Assembly: GCA_039815375.1 (NCBI GenBank)
Contig: JBCBZJ010000003.1
Location: forward strand, 203,512-267,511
Source: Verrucomicrobiota bacterium
Lineage (GTDB): Bacteria > Verrucomicrobiota > Verrucomicrobiia > Opitutales > Coraliomargaritaceae
Reading direction: 5' to 3'
DNA: 64,000 bases
Shown: one piece after another, positions 38,330-48,465 of the stretch
Numbering within the stretch: the first letter of the stretch is position 1
Layout: each line of letters starts with the position of its first letter
The notes under the pieces: model-generated
What the model saw: only the letters and a program-made list of their open reading frames with translations
Told to the model about the DNA's origin: nothing
Database searches by the model: none
Made by a program: the position numbers and the translations under genes

Positions 38330-40009
38330 ATGCCGATGAAAGTAATCCTATCGATCCTAGTTACTGTTCTTAGCCTGAGCGTTTTTGGTGCGAGGGCTGA
38401 GATTGAGCAGGCAACGGTAACGCTGCCTTACACTGAGCTGTTGGACCTGCTGGAGCGGGTAAAATCGGACGAAGAAGTCGCTGAAGAGCCGTCGAAGCCG
38501 CCGGTTGATGTGATCGTGCAGTCTGCGAAGTATCGCATCAACTGCGTCGACATGGATGCAGTGACCTTTGATGCAAGCTTTAGTGTGATAAACCTATCGG
38601 ATGTTTGGCAGCACGTCATTCTGGTCGAGGCGACGGAAGGTATACGTTCGATAGATCCGCCAGATGCTCGAATTGTGCAGGTGGATGGAGGGATGAGTCT
38701 TTTGTTGGAGCCCAAGGAGTCGGCTAGTGTGACGCTTGAGCTACAAGCCGGCGGAACAGCTCATTCCAAGGGTGCGATGCTGGTTCTAGACTTCTATGCA
38801 GTAGGAGCCGCCCAGAGCTTGCTTGAAGTGACTCATAACGTGGACCCGACGGAGTTGGTGGTTTCGGGCGTAGTTGGCTCCAATCCTGAAAAGACCCTGT
38901 TCACGCTGTCTTCGCGCGAAGGGCCGGTTCAAGTTAAGATTTATGAATCCGAGGCGATCCAACCGACGCGTTGGAATGTTTCAGCCGAGCATTGGATTCG
39001 TGATCTCAGTGGACTTCTGAAAGTTAACTGCCGGGTGCGGCTCAGTGCAACAGATGGCGGCCTCACAACCGGAGCGAAGCTCTTTCTTGGGAGTCCTGCG
39101 ATTGTCCATTCGGTCAGATATTTGAGCGATACTGCGAAGGGGAGAGAATCTATCCAAATGACTGAAGACGGTCCTGTTATTCATATACAATGGCCGCACG
39201 ACGAAGCGGCGCACCGCGAGTTACTGGTCAGCTACGCCGTGCCAATATCTATCATAGATGGTGCATTTTCAGTGCCGCTCATACGTGCGTCAGAGGCGTC
39301 GCAGCAAGAGGCGGGTTGCTACGTTTCACAATTCGATGGTTTTGAAGTAAAGCCTCGGGGCAAAGAGTGGGAGCGGGTCGAGCGATTGCCGTATTGGATT
39401 GATGAGGGTGTGCGAGCGGAGAGCCTTCGTTATCTAGAACTAGGTGAGTCTGATTTGCTGACGCTTACTGCGCGTTTGCTGCCACGTGTGGAAACGGCTC
39501 CGGCCACGGTTCAAATGGCGCAGTATACATCCTCTGTTGTTGCAGATGGAGGCATGCTTCATAAGGCCGAAGTCCATATCGACCATTCTGAATCGTCAGA
39601 GTATCGGGTTAAGCTTCCACAAAGTGCGAAACTACTTTCCTGCACCATGAACGGTCGAACTGCCGAACCGCTACTCGCGGAGGACGGCGCCTTGCTTTTT
39701 ACCCTGCCCGGAGGAGCGGATGGAAACGGCACGAGCCGTGTGACTTACGTCTTTACTGCCAAAGGTGTGAAGATGGACCCGGTGGAGGGTAAGGCCCAAA
39801 TTGAGCTGCCGCGCACAACGTTGTTTGTTCATAAGTTGAGTTGGGAGGTGCAACTGCCGAGTGAGTATGAAGCTACCGCCTTGGAGGGAAATGTCGTGAT
39901 TGAAGCTGGTGGTTCAAAGGGTGGTATTGTGCGGTTGAGCAAGCAGATCTTCGACGATGAAACGCCCTTGGCCTCACTCTATTACACACGCCGTGATCTC
40001 GAGAATTAA
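38330..40009 (+). CDS. Secreted hypothetical protein co-transcribed with creD-like gene
   Basis: 559 aa, signal peptide ending ARA-E, beta-rich; 23 nt gap to next gene. Confidence 0.75.
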   Translation: MPMKVILSILVTVLSLSVFGARAEIEQATVTLPYTELLDLLERVKSDEEVAEEPSKPPVDVIVQSAKYRINCVDMDAVTFDASFSVINLSDVWQHVILVEATEGIRSIDPPDARIVQVDGGMSLLLEPKESASVTLELQAGGTAHSKGAMLVLDFYAVGAAQSLLEVTHNVDPTELVVSGVVGSNPEKTLFTLSSREGPVQVKIYESEAIQPTRWNVSAEHWIRDLSGLLKVNCRVRLSATDGGLTTGAKLFLGSPAIVHSVRYLSDTAKGRESIQMTEDGPVIHIQWPHDEAAHRELLVSYAVPISIIDGAFSVPLIRASEASQQEAGCYVSQFDGFEVKPRGKEWERVERLPYWIDEGVRAESLRYLELGESDLLTLTARLLPRVETAPATVQMAQYTSSVVADGGMLHKAEVHIDHSESSEYRVKLPQSAKLLSCTMNGRTAEPLLAEDGALLFTLPGGADGNGTSRVTYVFTAKGVKMDPVEGKAQIELPRTTLFVHKLSWEVQLPSEYEATALEGNVVIEAGGSKGGIVRLSKQIFDDETPLASLYYTRRDLEN

Positions 40010-40032
40010 TTTAAATCCAACCGTCAATAGCT

Positions 40033-41274
40033 ATGCATAAAAACACATTAACATTTCGTTCCGTTCTCGCGATCGCGTTTATTTTTATCTGCACAACCGT
40101 GGGTTGGTTCATTCTGGGAGGTGCGTTGACGCATCGTTCCATGGACCGTGCCGGCACACTCGTGCACGAAGTGCAAAAAACTTGGGGGCCCGAACTGCGC
40201 CAGCAGCACCCGATCGCCTGGTATGCATCGCCGGCCAGTGCCTCCGGTCGCTCTGCGGTCAGTCCAAGCATGAGTCGCGTGCAGGTAAACCTCCAATATG
40301 AGCCGAAGCGAAAGGGTTTGTTCTGGTATCGCACCTATCAGGCTCAGTTTGAGGCGAATTACGAAATCCCGAACCCTACCCCGATTGAGCAAACCGTCTA
40401 TGTGGCCTTTAGTCTGCCATCCTCAGACGCCAGCTACAACGCATTCACCTTTGACTTGGAAGGAGCAAATGTCGATGAGCCGGTTCTGCGTGATGGTAGG
40501 ATCACCCAAGCAGTTGTCATTCCGGCGCAGAGTGCCGTCCCCTTGAAAGTAACCTACCATGCGCGTGGAATGAATCATTGGAAATATGACCTTAATGGCG
40601 CGACCCGCGTGCAGAACTTCCAGCTCGCGATGACGGGTGATTTCGATTCGATTAACTTTCCCGTTGGCACGGCATCGCCTACGGATCGTTCTGAGATCAA
40701 TGGCGGTGGCTGGAATCTGCTTTGGGACTACCCGGATGTAATTGGGGCACAGTCGATTGGTATGGATATGCCGAAGGTTCTAAATCCGGGGCCGATCGCC
40801 AGCCGGATCAGTTTCTTTGCACCGGTATCTCTCCTCTTCTTTTTTGCGGTGCTGCTGATTCTCGGTGCTGTCAAAGGCATCAATCTGCATCCAATGAATT
40901 ATTTCTTCCTCGCGGCCGGCTGCTTTGCCTTTCAGTTGCTCTTTGCCTATACGGTCGACCTCATGCCGATTCATTTCTGCTTCTTTCTCTCTGCGGGGGT
41001 TTCGCTCATTTTGGTCTGCGGTTATTTGCATGCTGTGGGAGGACGCCAATTAACTCGTATCGCTCTGCCCGCGCAGCTTGCCTATATGGTCCTGTTTAGC
41101 TACAGTTTCTTCTTCGATGGGTTGAGTGGCCTTACTATTGCGATTGGTGCGGTCCTCACTCTGGCCGTGCTGATGAGGACGACCGCCAAGATGGATTGGG
41201 AGCAGGTATTTGTCGCTCGTCGATACCGCGATCCGGTCGAACCACCCGCAATTCCTCCGGCCCCGCAAATCTAG
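40033..41274 (+). CDS. creD: Inner-membrane CreD-family protein
   Basis: N-terminal TM, periplasmic domain, C-terminal TM bundle with LHPMNYFFL and LAVLMRTTAKMDW; next to creBC. Confidence 0.75.
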   Translation: MHKNTLTFRSVLAIAFIFICTTVGWFILGGALTHRSMDRAGTLVHEVQKTWGPELRQQHPIAWYASPASASGRSAVSPSMSRVQVNLQYEPKRKGLFWYRTYQAQFEANYEIPNPTPIEQTVYVAFSLPSSDASYNAFTFDLEGANVDEPVLRDGRITQAVVIPAQSAVPLKVTYHARGMNHWKYDLNGATRVQNFQLAMTGDFDSINFPVGTASPTDRSEINGGGWNLLWDYPDVIGAQSIGMDMPKVLNPGPIASRISFFAPVSLLFFFAVLLILGAVKGINLHPMNYFFLAAGCFAFQLLFAYTVDLMPIHFCFFLSAGVSLILVCGYLHAVGGRQLTRIALPAQLAYMVLFSYSFFFDGLSGLTIAIGAVLTLAVLMRTTAKMDWEQVFVARRYRDPVEPPAIPPAPQI

Positions 41275-41361
41275 TTTATATCAGATGGCTCGCCGCTTGC
41301 ATGAACGCTGCGCTCCACCTTAACTGTCTTTGGATATGATATTTCAGGATACCGGATAAAG

Positions 41362-42078
41362 ATGTCTTTGCTTTCAAATCATACCTCGCGCGTTCTGGTC
41401 GTCGAGGACGAGCCCTCGATTCGCGATAGCGTTGTTTATGCGCTCGAATCGGAGGGCTTTGCCGTCGATTGGGAAGGGGCCGGTGGTGATGCATTAAAGC
41501 GGTTAGACGAGGTCGATTACGCACTCATCGTTCTAGACGTCGGTCTTCCGGATATGAGTGGCTTTGATGTCTGCCGTGAGCTACGCAAGTCGATGCAGGT
41601 GCCGGTCATCTTCCTGACGGCACGGGCCTCCGAAGTGGATCGTGTGGTGGGTCTTGAGATCGGGGCCGATGATTATGTGTCTAAGCCATTCAGTCCCAGA
41701 GAACTTTCGGCTCGAGTGCGGGCGAACATTCGTAGGGCTCAGTTGACTCGACCGGATGGTAAATTGAGCCAGCCGGTTACCACCGACATGCCCTTTGAAG
41801 TCGATTACGAGCGATGGGTTATTTTTTACTTTAACGAGCCGATGAGTCTTTCCCGCTACGAATTCCGCTTGCTGGCCGCTCTGGTAGAGAAGCCTGGCCG
41901 TGTCTATTCGCGTGCGCAACTCATGGACGCTGCATGGGAAGAACCGGATGCATCAATGGAGCGGACGGTCGATACACATATCAAAAGTGTGCGGGCTAAG
42001 CTGAAGCAATTACGGGCTGATATCGACCCGATCGTCACGCACCGTGGCATTGGCTATTCCTTGAGGGAAGACTGGTGA
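41362..42078 (+). CDS. creB: OmpR-family response regulator CreB
   Basis: VEDEPSI, LDVGLPD, KPFSPREL, RTVDTHIK, THRGIGYSL. Confidence 0.88.
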   Translation: MSLLSNHTSRVLVVEDEPSIRDSVVYALESEGFAVDWEGAGGDALKRLDEVDYALIVLDVGLPDMSGFDVCRELRKSMQVPVIFLTARASEVDRVVGLEIGADDYVSKPFSPRELSARVRANIRRAQLTRPDGKLSQPVTTDMPFEVDYERWVIFYFNEPMSLSRYEFRLLAALVEKPGRVYSRAQLMDAAWEEPDASMERTVDTHIKSVRAKLKQLRADIDPIVTHRGIGYSLREDW

Positions 42079-43508
42079 GTCTGACTAATCGTATATTGAT
42101 TAGTCTCGGGCTGATGGCGGTGGCGGGATTTGCGGTCTTGCTCAATCCGATACTGGATCGGGTGGAGCGTCAGTATTTGGAGGCGACTGAAGAGCCCATG
42201 GTTGATGTGGCAGAGATCCTTGCGGCGTTGCTTTCGAATCAGGGTGAGGAGGGCTTGTTTGCGCCCGAGAACTGGCGAAGCGGGATGGAGTCGGTTAAGG
42301 CGAAATCACTCAATGCGAAGATCTATAATCTGATGAAACATAAAGTCCTGATGGACTTTTATATTACGGATGCGGAGGGCATCATTATCTACGATTCGGG
42401 AATCGCTGCCAAGCCGGGCGAGGACTTTAGCATTTATCTCGATGTTTATCGCACGCTTCGTGGCGAATATGGGGCGCGGTCCTCACGTTTGGATGAAGAA
42501 GACCCGACGTCTTCAATTATGTATGTCGGGGCACCGATTGTGAACGAAGGTGAGATTCTTGGAGTGCTTTCCGTCTACAAGCCCCAGCGTAGTATGCTGC
42601 TTTTCATTATCGAGACGAAGGATAGGCTCTTTAAGTTCGGACTGACTGCGTTGGTTCTGGTCCTGCTGCTTGGCTGGTTGCTTTCAAAGTGGGTCACTTT
42701 TCCGCTTAAGCGTTTGACGAATTACGCGGCGGCGGTTGCTCGTGGAGAAAAGCCTGCGGCACCCATTATGCCGGGGCGGCATTTGCGCATTCTTGGGGAG
42801 ACGACGGAGGCGATGCGCGACGCTCTGGAGAATCGGAAATACGTGGAAAGTTACGTTCAATCGATGACACATGAGATGAAGTCACCAATTGCTGGCATAC
42901 GCGGTGCTTCGGAGCTTCTGCATGAGGAGCTTCCGGCGGAGAAACGTACGCAGTTTCTTAACAATATTAAGACTGAGTCGGTGCGCTTGCAGAATTTGGT
43001 GGACCAGCTGCTTGCACTTTCTTCGCTGGAGAATCGAACCAAGCTCGGTGCGCCGACGGATGTCTCGATGGGGTCCTTGCTGCGCCGTGTGGTGAAACAG
43101 CATCAATCGAGCCTCTTGGGCAAAGACATCTGCTTTGAGATCGATGCACGGGAAGACCCGGTCGTCTCCGGGGAGGAATTTTTGCTCGAGACAGCCCTGA
43201 GCAATCTGGTGCAGAATGCCATCGATTTCTCACCTTCGGGCGGTTCGATAGCTTTGATTCTAAGAATTGATGATCAAGAACTTCGTCTCACTATTCTGGA
43301 CGAGGGGCCCGGTATTCCGGACTATGCCCTTGAGCGTATCTTTGACCGTTTCTATTCACTTCCTCGCCCGAATTCAGAGCATAAGAGTTCCGGGCTCGGG
43401 CTTTGTTTCGCACGCGAAGCGATCGAACTGCATGGAGGCAGTTTGGGGCTAAAGAATCGTGGAGACCGTTCCGGGGTGCGGGCCGATTTAATTTTACCTC
43501 AACTGTAG
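42075..43508 (+). CDS. creC: Sensor histidine kinase CreC
   Basis: [58 protein letters not shown]. Confidence 0.92.
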   Translation: MSLTNRILISLGLMAVAGFAVLLNPILDRVERQYLEATEEPMVDVAEILAALLSNQGEEGLFAPENWRSGMESVKAKSLNAKIYNLMKHKVLMDFYITDAEGIIIYDSGIAAKPGEDFSIYLDVYRTLRGEYGARSSRLDEEDPTSSIMYVGAPIVNEGEILGVLSVYKPQRSMLLFIIETKDRLFKFGLTALVLVLLLGWLLSKWVTFPLKRLTNYAAAVARGEKPAAPIMPGRHLRILGETTEAMRDALENRKYVESYVQSMTHEMKSPIAGIRGASELLHEELPAEKRTQFLNNIKTESVRLQNLVDQLLALSSLENRTKLGAPTDVSMGSLLRRVVKQHQSSLLGKDICFEIDAREDPVVSGEEFLLETALSNLVQNAIDFSPSGGSIALILRIDDQELRLTILDEGPGIPDYALERIFDRFYSLPRPNSEHKSSGLGLCFAREAIELHGGSLGLKNRGDRSGVRADLILPQL

Positions 43509-44395
43509 CGTGCGTGCATGGCAGCGAGTGGGAAGTTCTTACCGGGGCAGATGGTTTGCTCTCCTTTTAGCTCACGATGCCCGGCGAAGTGGGTTTTCTT
43601 TCTCAGGACGTCGCCTTGCAGCCATTCCATGAGTTGGGTGAAGGCGTCCAACTGGCGGCGGCTTGGATGGGTTTTTTCAAAGTTGCCGATGAGGCAAATG
43701 CCAATTGCAGTGAGGTTCAGCTTGTAGCTTTTGACGTGTCCGCCGAGGAGCTGCTTTTTCCAGCGCGGACCGACTTCGATCTCGCCATCGCCTGAATCGA
43801 TCCCGTTGCCGATAAGGAAATGGTAGGCTAGGCCGTTCTGCATGCCGCGGCGGCGGTGGGCCGCATCGTATTTGGTGGCGTTACCGTATTTGATGCCGCT
43901 GTGGTGGACGACAATGCGTTGCCAGTTGTCGCGGCGCACATTGATGTCGGCAGTTTCTGTCCGAACTGTTGCCAATAAATCAAGTTTTGGGCTTGAGGAG
44001 GCTGGAATGTTGAGCTTTTGCCCAATCCGGATGACATCGTTGTTCAGGCCATTGTGTATTTTAAGTTCGTTCACTGTCACGCCGTAGCGGATTGCGATAG
44101 CACCCAGCGTGTCTCCACGACCCACAATGTGGTGGCTCATCGTTTGTGCCGCTGATTCGGCCAGGCCGCCGGATGGTATGGTGAGTTTCTGGCCGATCTG
44201 GATCAGGTCGCCTGAAATGTTGTTCGCTTGTTTGAGAGAGTGGGTTGAAACTCCGAATTGCTGAGCTATTTGACCAAGGGTATCGCCCCTTTTGACCACG
44301 TAGTTTGCCTGTGCTGAAAGATGGCCTGAGAGTGTGCCAAAGGCTAGCCCCGAAAGCAGAGCGGTTTTGGTAAATTGGCGACGGTTACAACGCAT
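43499..44395 (-). CDS. 2xLysM + N-acetylmuramoyl-L-alanine amidase (Amidase_2), Tat-like signal
   Basis: [20 protein letters not shown] and [36 protein letters not shown]. Confidence 0.9.
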   Translation of the reverse strand: MRCNRRQFTKTALLSGLAFGTLSGHLSAQANYVVKRGDTLGQIAQQFGVSTHSLKQANNISGDLIQIGQKLTIPSGGLAESAAQTMSHHIVGRGDTLGAIAIRYGVTVNELKIHNGLNNDVIRIGQKLNIPASSSPKLDLLATVRTETADINVRRDNWQRIVVHHSGIKYGNATKYDAAHRRRGMQNGLAYHFLIGNGIDSGDGEIEVGPRWKKQLLGGHVKSYKLNLTAIGICLIGNFEKTHPSRRQLDAFTQLMEWLQGDVLRKKTHFAGHRELKGEQTICPGKNFPLAAMHARYS

Positions 44396-44501
44396 CTCTT
44401 TCGAGACATGGAAATTGCATAGTTTGTGCCCTCTGTAAAGGAATGGGTCCTCAGGGCTCGCATTATTTCAGGAATCCACTTTTTAGTCTCCTTTCCTAGC
44501 T

Positions 44502-46010
44502 ATGAACTCACTTCGACATTTTGCTCTTGGAGAGCCATTTCCAGCCAGTCCACATGCAGTGATCAGCTGCCTGCCGACGATGGCTGACGTGTGTGGCTAC
44601 GAGGAGCATGATCCACGAGTCATGGATGTGATGAAGTCGGGCTACCCGCGATTCGTGGTGCATGAATTTGTGCAACAGCTCATCGGATTTTATGCGGATC
44701 GTGAATCCTTGGCGGGGCGTTATGCGCGATTGGTTTCAGGTCGGCGTGCAGCGAATGACATGCTCGAATGGCTGGGTGAGGGCTTCGTGAAGCTGGAAGT
44801 AGATGAGTCGGTTTACCTGATCCACTGTGATGCGTCTGATGAACAACGTTCTCATGACGTGCGCAAGTTTGTCCAGCATACGGGCTGCGGTATTTCTTCC
44901 CGACAGGCGGAGGATCTACTGATTCAGCACGGTCTTCGGGAAAAGCGGTTTGCCGAGGAGTCGTTTGCCGGGAATGCGCTTTCCGAGGTCGAAGCTAAAT
45001 TGGCTAAACAGATTGGTTGTCGGCAATCGGATGTCTTGGTCTGCGCTTCCGGGATGAATGCGTTTTACGCCAGCTTTCGCGCTATACAGGAGTTTCAGCA
45101 AAGCCGTAAACGCACGGCTTGGGTCCAGCTGGGTTGGCTCTATCTTGATTCAGGTAAGATTTTGGCGCAGTATCTTTCTGAAGGAGAGAGTCTGGAATGC
45201 ATCTATGACGTATTTGATGTGGATGCGGTGCTTGCTCGAATTCATGAGCTGGGTGATTCGCTCGCTGCTGTTGTGGTTGAGTGTCCGTCGAACCCTTTGA
45301 TTCAAGTCTGTGAGCTCCGTCGTATTGCAACCGCAGTTCGTGAGCAGGGCGGTGCAATGCTCGTCGATCCGACCATTGCGTCGGTCTATAATACGGATGT
45401 TCTGGCATCCACCGATATTCTGACCACGAGTTTAACGAAGTATGCGGCGATTGAGGGCGACGTCATGATTGGTGCTTTGGCGGTGAACCCGGATTCGCCG
45501 TTTTATGGGGATCTGGTTTTGAGAACATCCAGCTTTCATGTGCCGCCCTATGCGCGTGACTTGGCTCGACTCGCCTATGAGATGGAACTCGCTCCGGCAA
45601 TCATTGAGAAAATGAATGCCAACGCTGCGAAGCTCTGCGCATATCTTAGGCAACACAAGGCAGTGAAAAAAATCTATTGTGCCGGTTGCTCGGAGCATTT
45701 CGAAGAAGTCTCGAGGCAAGATGTTCCGGCCGGCGCCGTTATCTCCATCGAGTTGGAAGGTGATATTGGGAAATTCTATGACTCGGTTCGTTTGATGAAG
45801 GGACCGAGCTTTGGCACCTGCTACACTTTACTGTGCCCGTTCATGTATCTGGCACACTATGACCTTGTGACTTCAGAAGACGGTCGGGCGTTCCTGAAGA
45901 GTGTTGGGATCGATCCAGAGCTCATCCGTATATCGGTAGGCGGGGAGCCTTATGAGCAAATCGAGGCGGTGTTTGCAGAGGCGCTGGATAGCAACTCAGG
46001 CGACTGTTGA
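44502..46010 (+). CDS. Cys/Met-metabolism PLP enzyme, cystathionine gamma-synthase-like (long N-terminal extension)
   Basis: HAVISCLPT..GYEE..GYPRF, SGMNA, ECPSNPL, TSLTKY (PLP Lys), KGPSFGT, IRISVG. Confidence 0.82.
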   Translation: MNSLRHFALGEPFPASPHAVISCLPTMADVCGYEEHDPRVMDVMKSGYPRFVVHEFVQQLIGFYADRESLAGRYARLVSGRRAANDMLEWLGEGFVKLEVDESVYLIHCDASDEQRSHDVRKFVQHTGCGISSRQAEDLLIQHGLREKRFAEESFAGNALSEVEAKLAKQIGCRQSDVLVCASGMNAFYASFRAIQEFQQSRKRTAWVQLGWLYLDSGKILAQYLSEGESLECIYDVFDVDAVLARIHELGDSLAAVVVECPSNPLIQVCELRRIATAVREQGGAMLVDPTIASVYNTDVLASTDILTTSLTKYAAIEGDVMIGALAVNPDSPFYGDLVLRTSSFHVPPYARDLARLAYEMELAPAIIEKMNANAAKLCAYLRQHKAVKKIYCAGCSEHFEEVSRQDVPAGAVISIELEGDIGKFYDSVRLMKGPSFGTCYTLLCPFMYLAHYDLVTSEDGRAFLKSVGIDPELIRISVGGEPYEQIEAVFAEALDSNSGDC

Positions 46011-46137
46011 GTCTAGGCAATTTCTAGGTATACACTAGGAAAATAGCGGTAAAACATCAATCCGTTACCTGAAAACGGAAGAAGGCCCGGCCGGAATCCG
46101 AGTCGTTGATGGTCTCTATGATGATAGGCTCTGATTT

Positions 46138-46154
46138 TTGGAACTATTATTGCT
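46138..46154 (+). promoter_or_regulatory. sigma54 promoter of pyrimidine catabolic operon
   Basis: TTGGAACTATTATTGCT, GG-N10-GC with TTGC. Confidence 0.7.
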
Positions 46155-46167
46155 TAGGGTCCTGTAA

Positions 46168-47562
46168 ATGCTTTACACGATTGAGGATAAACCTCCCTGG
46201 CCCTCGTCGGTAGTGCTCGGTTTTCAGCACTATCTGACAATGTTTGGGTCAACTGTGGCCATCCCGCTTCTGCTCCAATCTCACCTTGGTGCGTCGCAGG
46301 CTGAGTTGGCGCTACTCATTAGCACGATGTTTCTGGTCAGTGGGATTTCAACGCTTTTGCAGACAACTTTTGGCTCTCGGCTACCGATTGTTCAGGGCGG
46401 GACATTTTCGTTTCTCGGTCCGGCTATCGCTATTTGCGGTATGGCATCACTTGTGGATGCGGGCTTCGAAATGAAGATGCGGCATATTCAAGGAGCGGTG
46501 ATCGCCGGCGCTTTCTTTGAGATGGCGATTGGCTTTGGTGGTTTGATGGGGCGTATCCTGAAATTCATTACGCCGGTCACCATTGCGCCGACGATTGCGC
46601 TGATCGGCCTTGCCCTTTTCAAGTTTGGCGCCCCGGTGGCAGGTGAGTATTGGGCCATCGGTGGGCTCACGATTTTCCTACTGATTCTCTTCAGCCAATA
46701 TCTGAAGAAGGTCCATCCATTGATCGGTTTGTTCCCGGTCTTGCTTGGGCTTCTTCTCGCCTGGTTGGTGGCATCTGTTCTTTCGTGGTCGGGTGTTTTC
46801 ACGGTGGGCCACCCCGCTTATGCTGGTTTCGGTGCGGTTAAAGAAGCACCTTGGTTTAGAGTGCCGACTCCTTTTCAGTGGGGAATGCCGATTTTTGGAG
46901 TGGCTGCCATCGTGGGTATGTTGTCCGGCTACATTGCCAGTATGATTGAATCTACCGGAGATTACTTTGCTGCAGCCCGGATGGCCAAAGCTCCAACTCC
47001 TGATTCCAAAACGGTTAATCGTGGCATTGGCTTTGAAGGGATCGGATGTCTTGTCGCGGGAATATTTGGAACGGGCAATGGCACGACGTCCTACTCGGAG
47101 AATATCGGGGCGATTGGATTGACGAGAGTAGGCAGTCGAAGAGTGATCCAGGCAGCTGGTGTGCTTATGCTGGGCTTCGCTATCTTCGGAAAGTTTGGTG
47201 CGCTCTTCGTTTCAATTCCGAGTCCGATTGTCGGGGGCATGTATTGCGTTATGTTCGCGATGGTGACCGGGGTCGGTCTCTCGAATCTGCAGTTCATTGA
47301 CCTGAACTCCCCGAGGAATCTTTTCATCGTCGGCTTTTCTCTTTTTTCCGGTCTATCCGTTCCCGAGTATGTCGGTGCAAATGCGGAAATGGTTGCAGGG
47401 CTTTTCCCGGAAGCATTCCAATGGTTGGGTGGTATTTTAATAACAATTGGAAGCTCAGGAATGGCAGTTGGAGCCTTTCTTGCTCTGGTGCTCGATAATA
47501 CAATTCCCGGAACCGATGCGGAGCGCGGTATTGAATCTTTCTTATCCTCAAAAAACCAATAA
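46168..47562 (+). CDS. NCS2/NAT (SLC23-like) nucleobase permease
   Basis: GFQHYLTMFG, RLPIVQGGTFSF, signature TTSYSENIGAIGLTRVGSRRV. Confidence 0.92.
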   Translation: MLYTIEDKPPWPSSVVLGFQHYLTMFGSTVAIPLLLQSHLGASQAELALLISTMFLVSGISTLLQTTFGSRLPIVQGGTFSFLGPAIAICGMASLVDAGFEMKMRHIQGAVIAGAFFEMAIGFGGLMGRILKFITPVTIAPTIALIGLALFKFGAPVAGEYWAIGGLTIFLLILFSQYLKKVHPLIGLFPVLLGLLLAWLVASVLSWSGVFTVGHPAYAGFGAVKEAPWFRVPTPFQWGMPIFGVAAIVGMLSGYIASMIESTGDYFAAARMAKAPTPDSKTVNRGIGFEGIGCLVAGIFGTGNGTTSYSENIGAIGLTRVGSRRVIQAAGVLMLGFAIFGKFGALFVSIPSPIVGGMYCVMFAMVTGVGLSNLQFIDLNSPRNLFIVGFSLFSGLSVPEYVGANAEMVAGLFPEAFQWLGGILITIGSSGMAVGAFLALVLDNTIPGTDAERGIESFLSSKNQ

Positions 47563-47575
47563 CCCAAGACAAGCT

Positions 47576-48445
47576 ATGGCTGAGATAATCAAGGCAGGTC
47601 TGATACAGGCTTCATCCACACATTCCGGCGCGGAAGATCCCGGTCTTATTCGCGATGCAATGATCGAAAAACACCTTGCAATGATCGGCGAAGCAGCTGC
47701 CGAAGGTGTTCAAGTGCTCTGTTTGCAGGAGCTTTTTTATGGTCCATACTTTTGTGCGGAGCAGGATATCCGTTGGTATGAGATTACCGAGCAGATTCCT
47801 GATGGGCCCACGACGCAGCTGATGTGTGAGATCGCGAAAAAGCACCAGATGGTATTGATCGTTCCAATCTACGAGGTGGATGTTGAAGGAATCTACTACA
47901 ATACCGCCGCAGTGATCGATGTGGATGGTACCTATCTCGGCAAATATCGGAAGAATCATATCCCGCATTGTCATCCTGGTTTTTGGGAGAAATTCTACTT
48001 CCGCCCGGGTAATCTCGGCTATCCTGTTTTCAAGACCAAGGTCGGAACGATAGGCGTTTATATCTGTTACGACCGGCACTTCCCGGAAGGTGCCCGGGCG
48101 CTTGCGCTGAACGGGGCTGAGATGGTGTTTAATCCATCGGCGACAGTTGCAGGCCTCAGTGAGTATCTCTGGAAGCTGGAGCAACCGGCACACTGCGTGG
48201 CGAACGGGTATTTCCTCGGAGCAATTAATCGTGTCGGGACAGAGGCACCCTGGGGTATCGGCGAGTTCTACGGACAGTCGTATTTCTGTAATCCTCGTGG
48301 GCAGCTAATTGCTGAAGCTTCACGGGATCAGGATGAGCTTCTTGTTGCTGACATCAATCTCGCCCAGATCCGCGAAGTTCGCGATACTTGGCAATTCTTT
48401 CGGGACCGCCGTCCGGAATCCTACGGCCCCCTGGTTCAGCCCTAG
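47576..48445 (+). CDS. Beta-ureidopropionase (nitrilase superfamily)
   Basis: [42 protein letters not shown]; operon context; ATG at 47576. Confidence 0.88.
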   Translation: MAEIIKAGLIQASSTHSGAEDPGLIRDAMIEKHLAMIGEAAAEGVQVLCLQELFYGPYFCAEQDIRWYEITEQIPDGPTTQLMCEIAKKHQMVLIVPIYEVDVEGIYYNTAAVIDVDGTYLGKYRKNHIPHCHPGFWEKFYFRPGNLGYPVFKTKVGTIGVYICYDRHFPEGARALALNGAEMVFNPSATVAGLSEYLWKLEQPAHCVANGYFLGAINRVGTEAPWGIGEFYGQSYFCNPRGQLIAEASRDQDELLVADINLAQIREVRDTWQFFRDRRPESYGPLVQP

Positions 48446-48465
48446 TAAAAATCGGTTTCGTTTTT

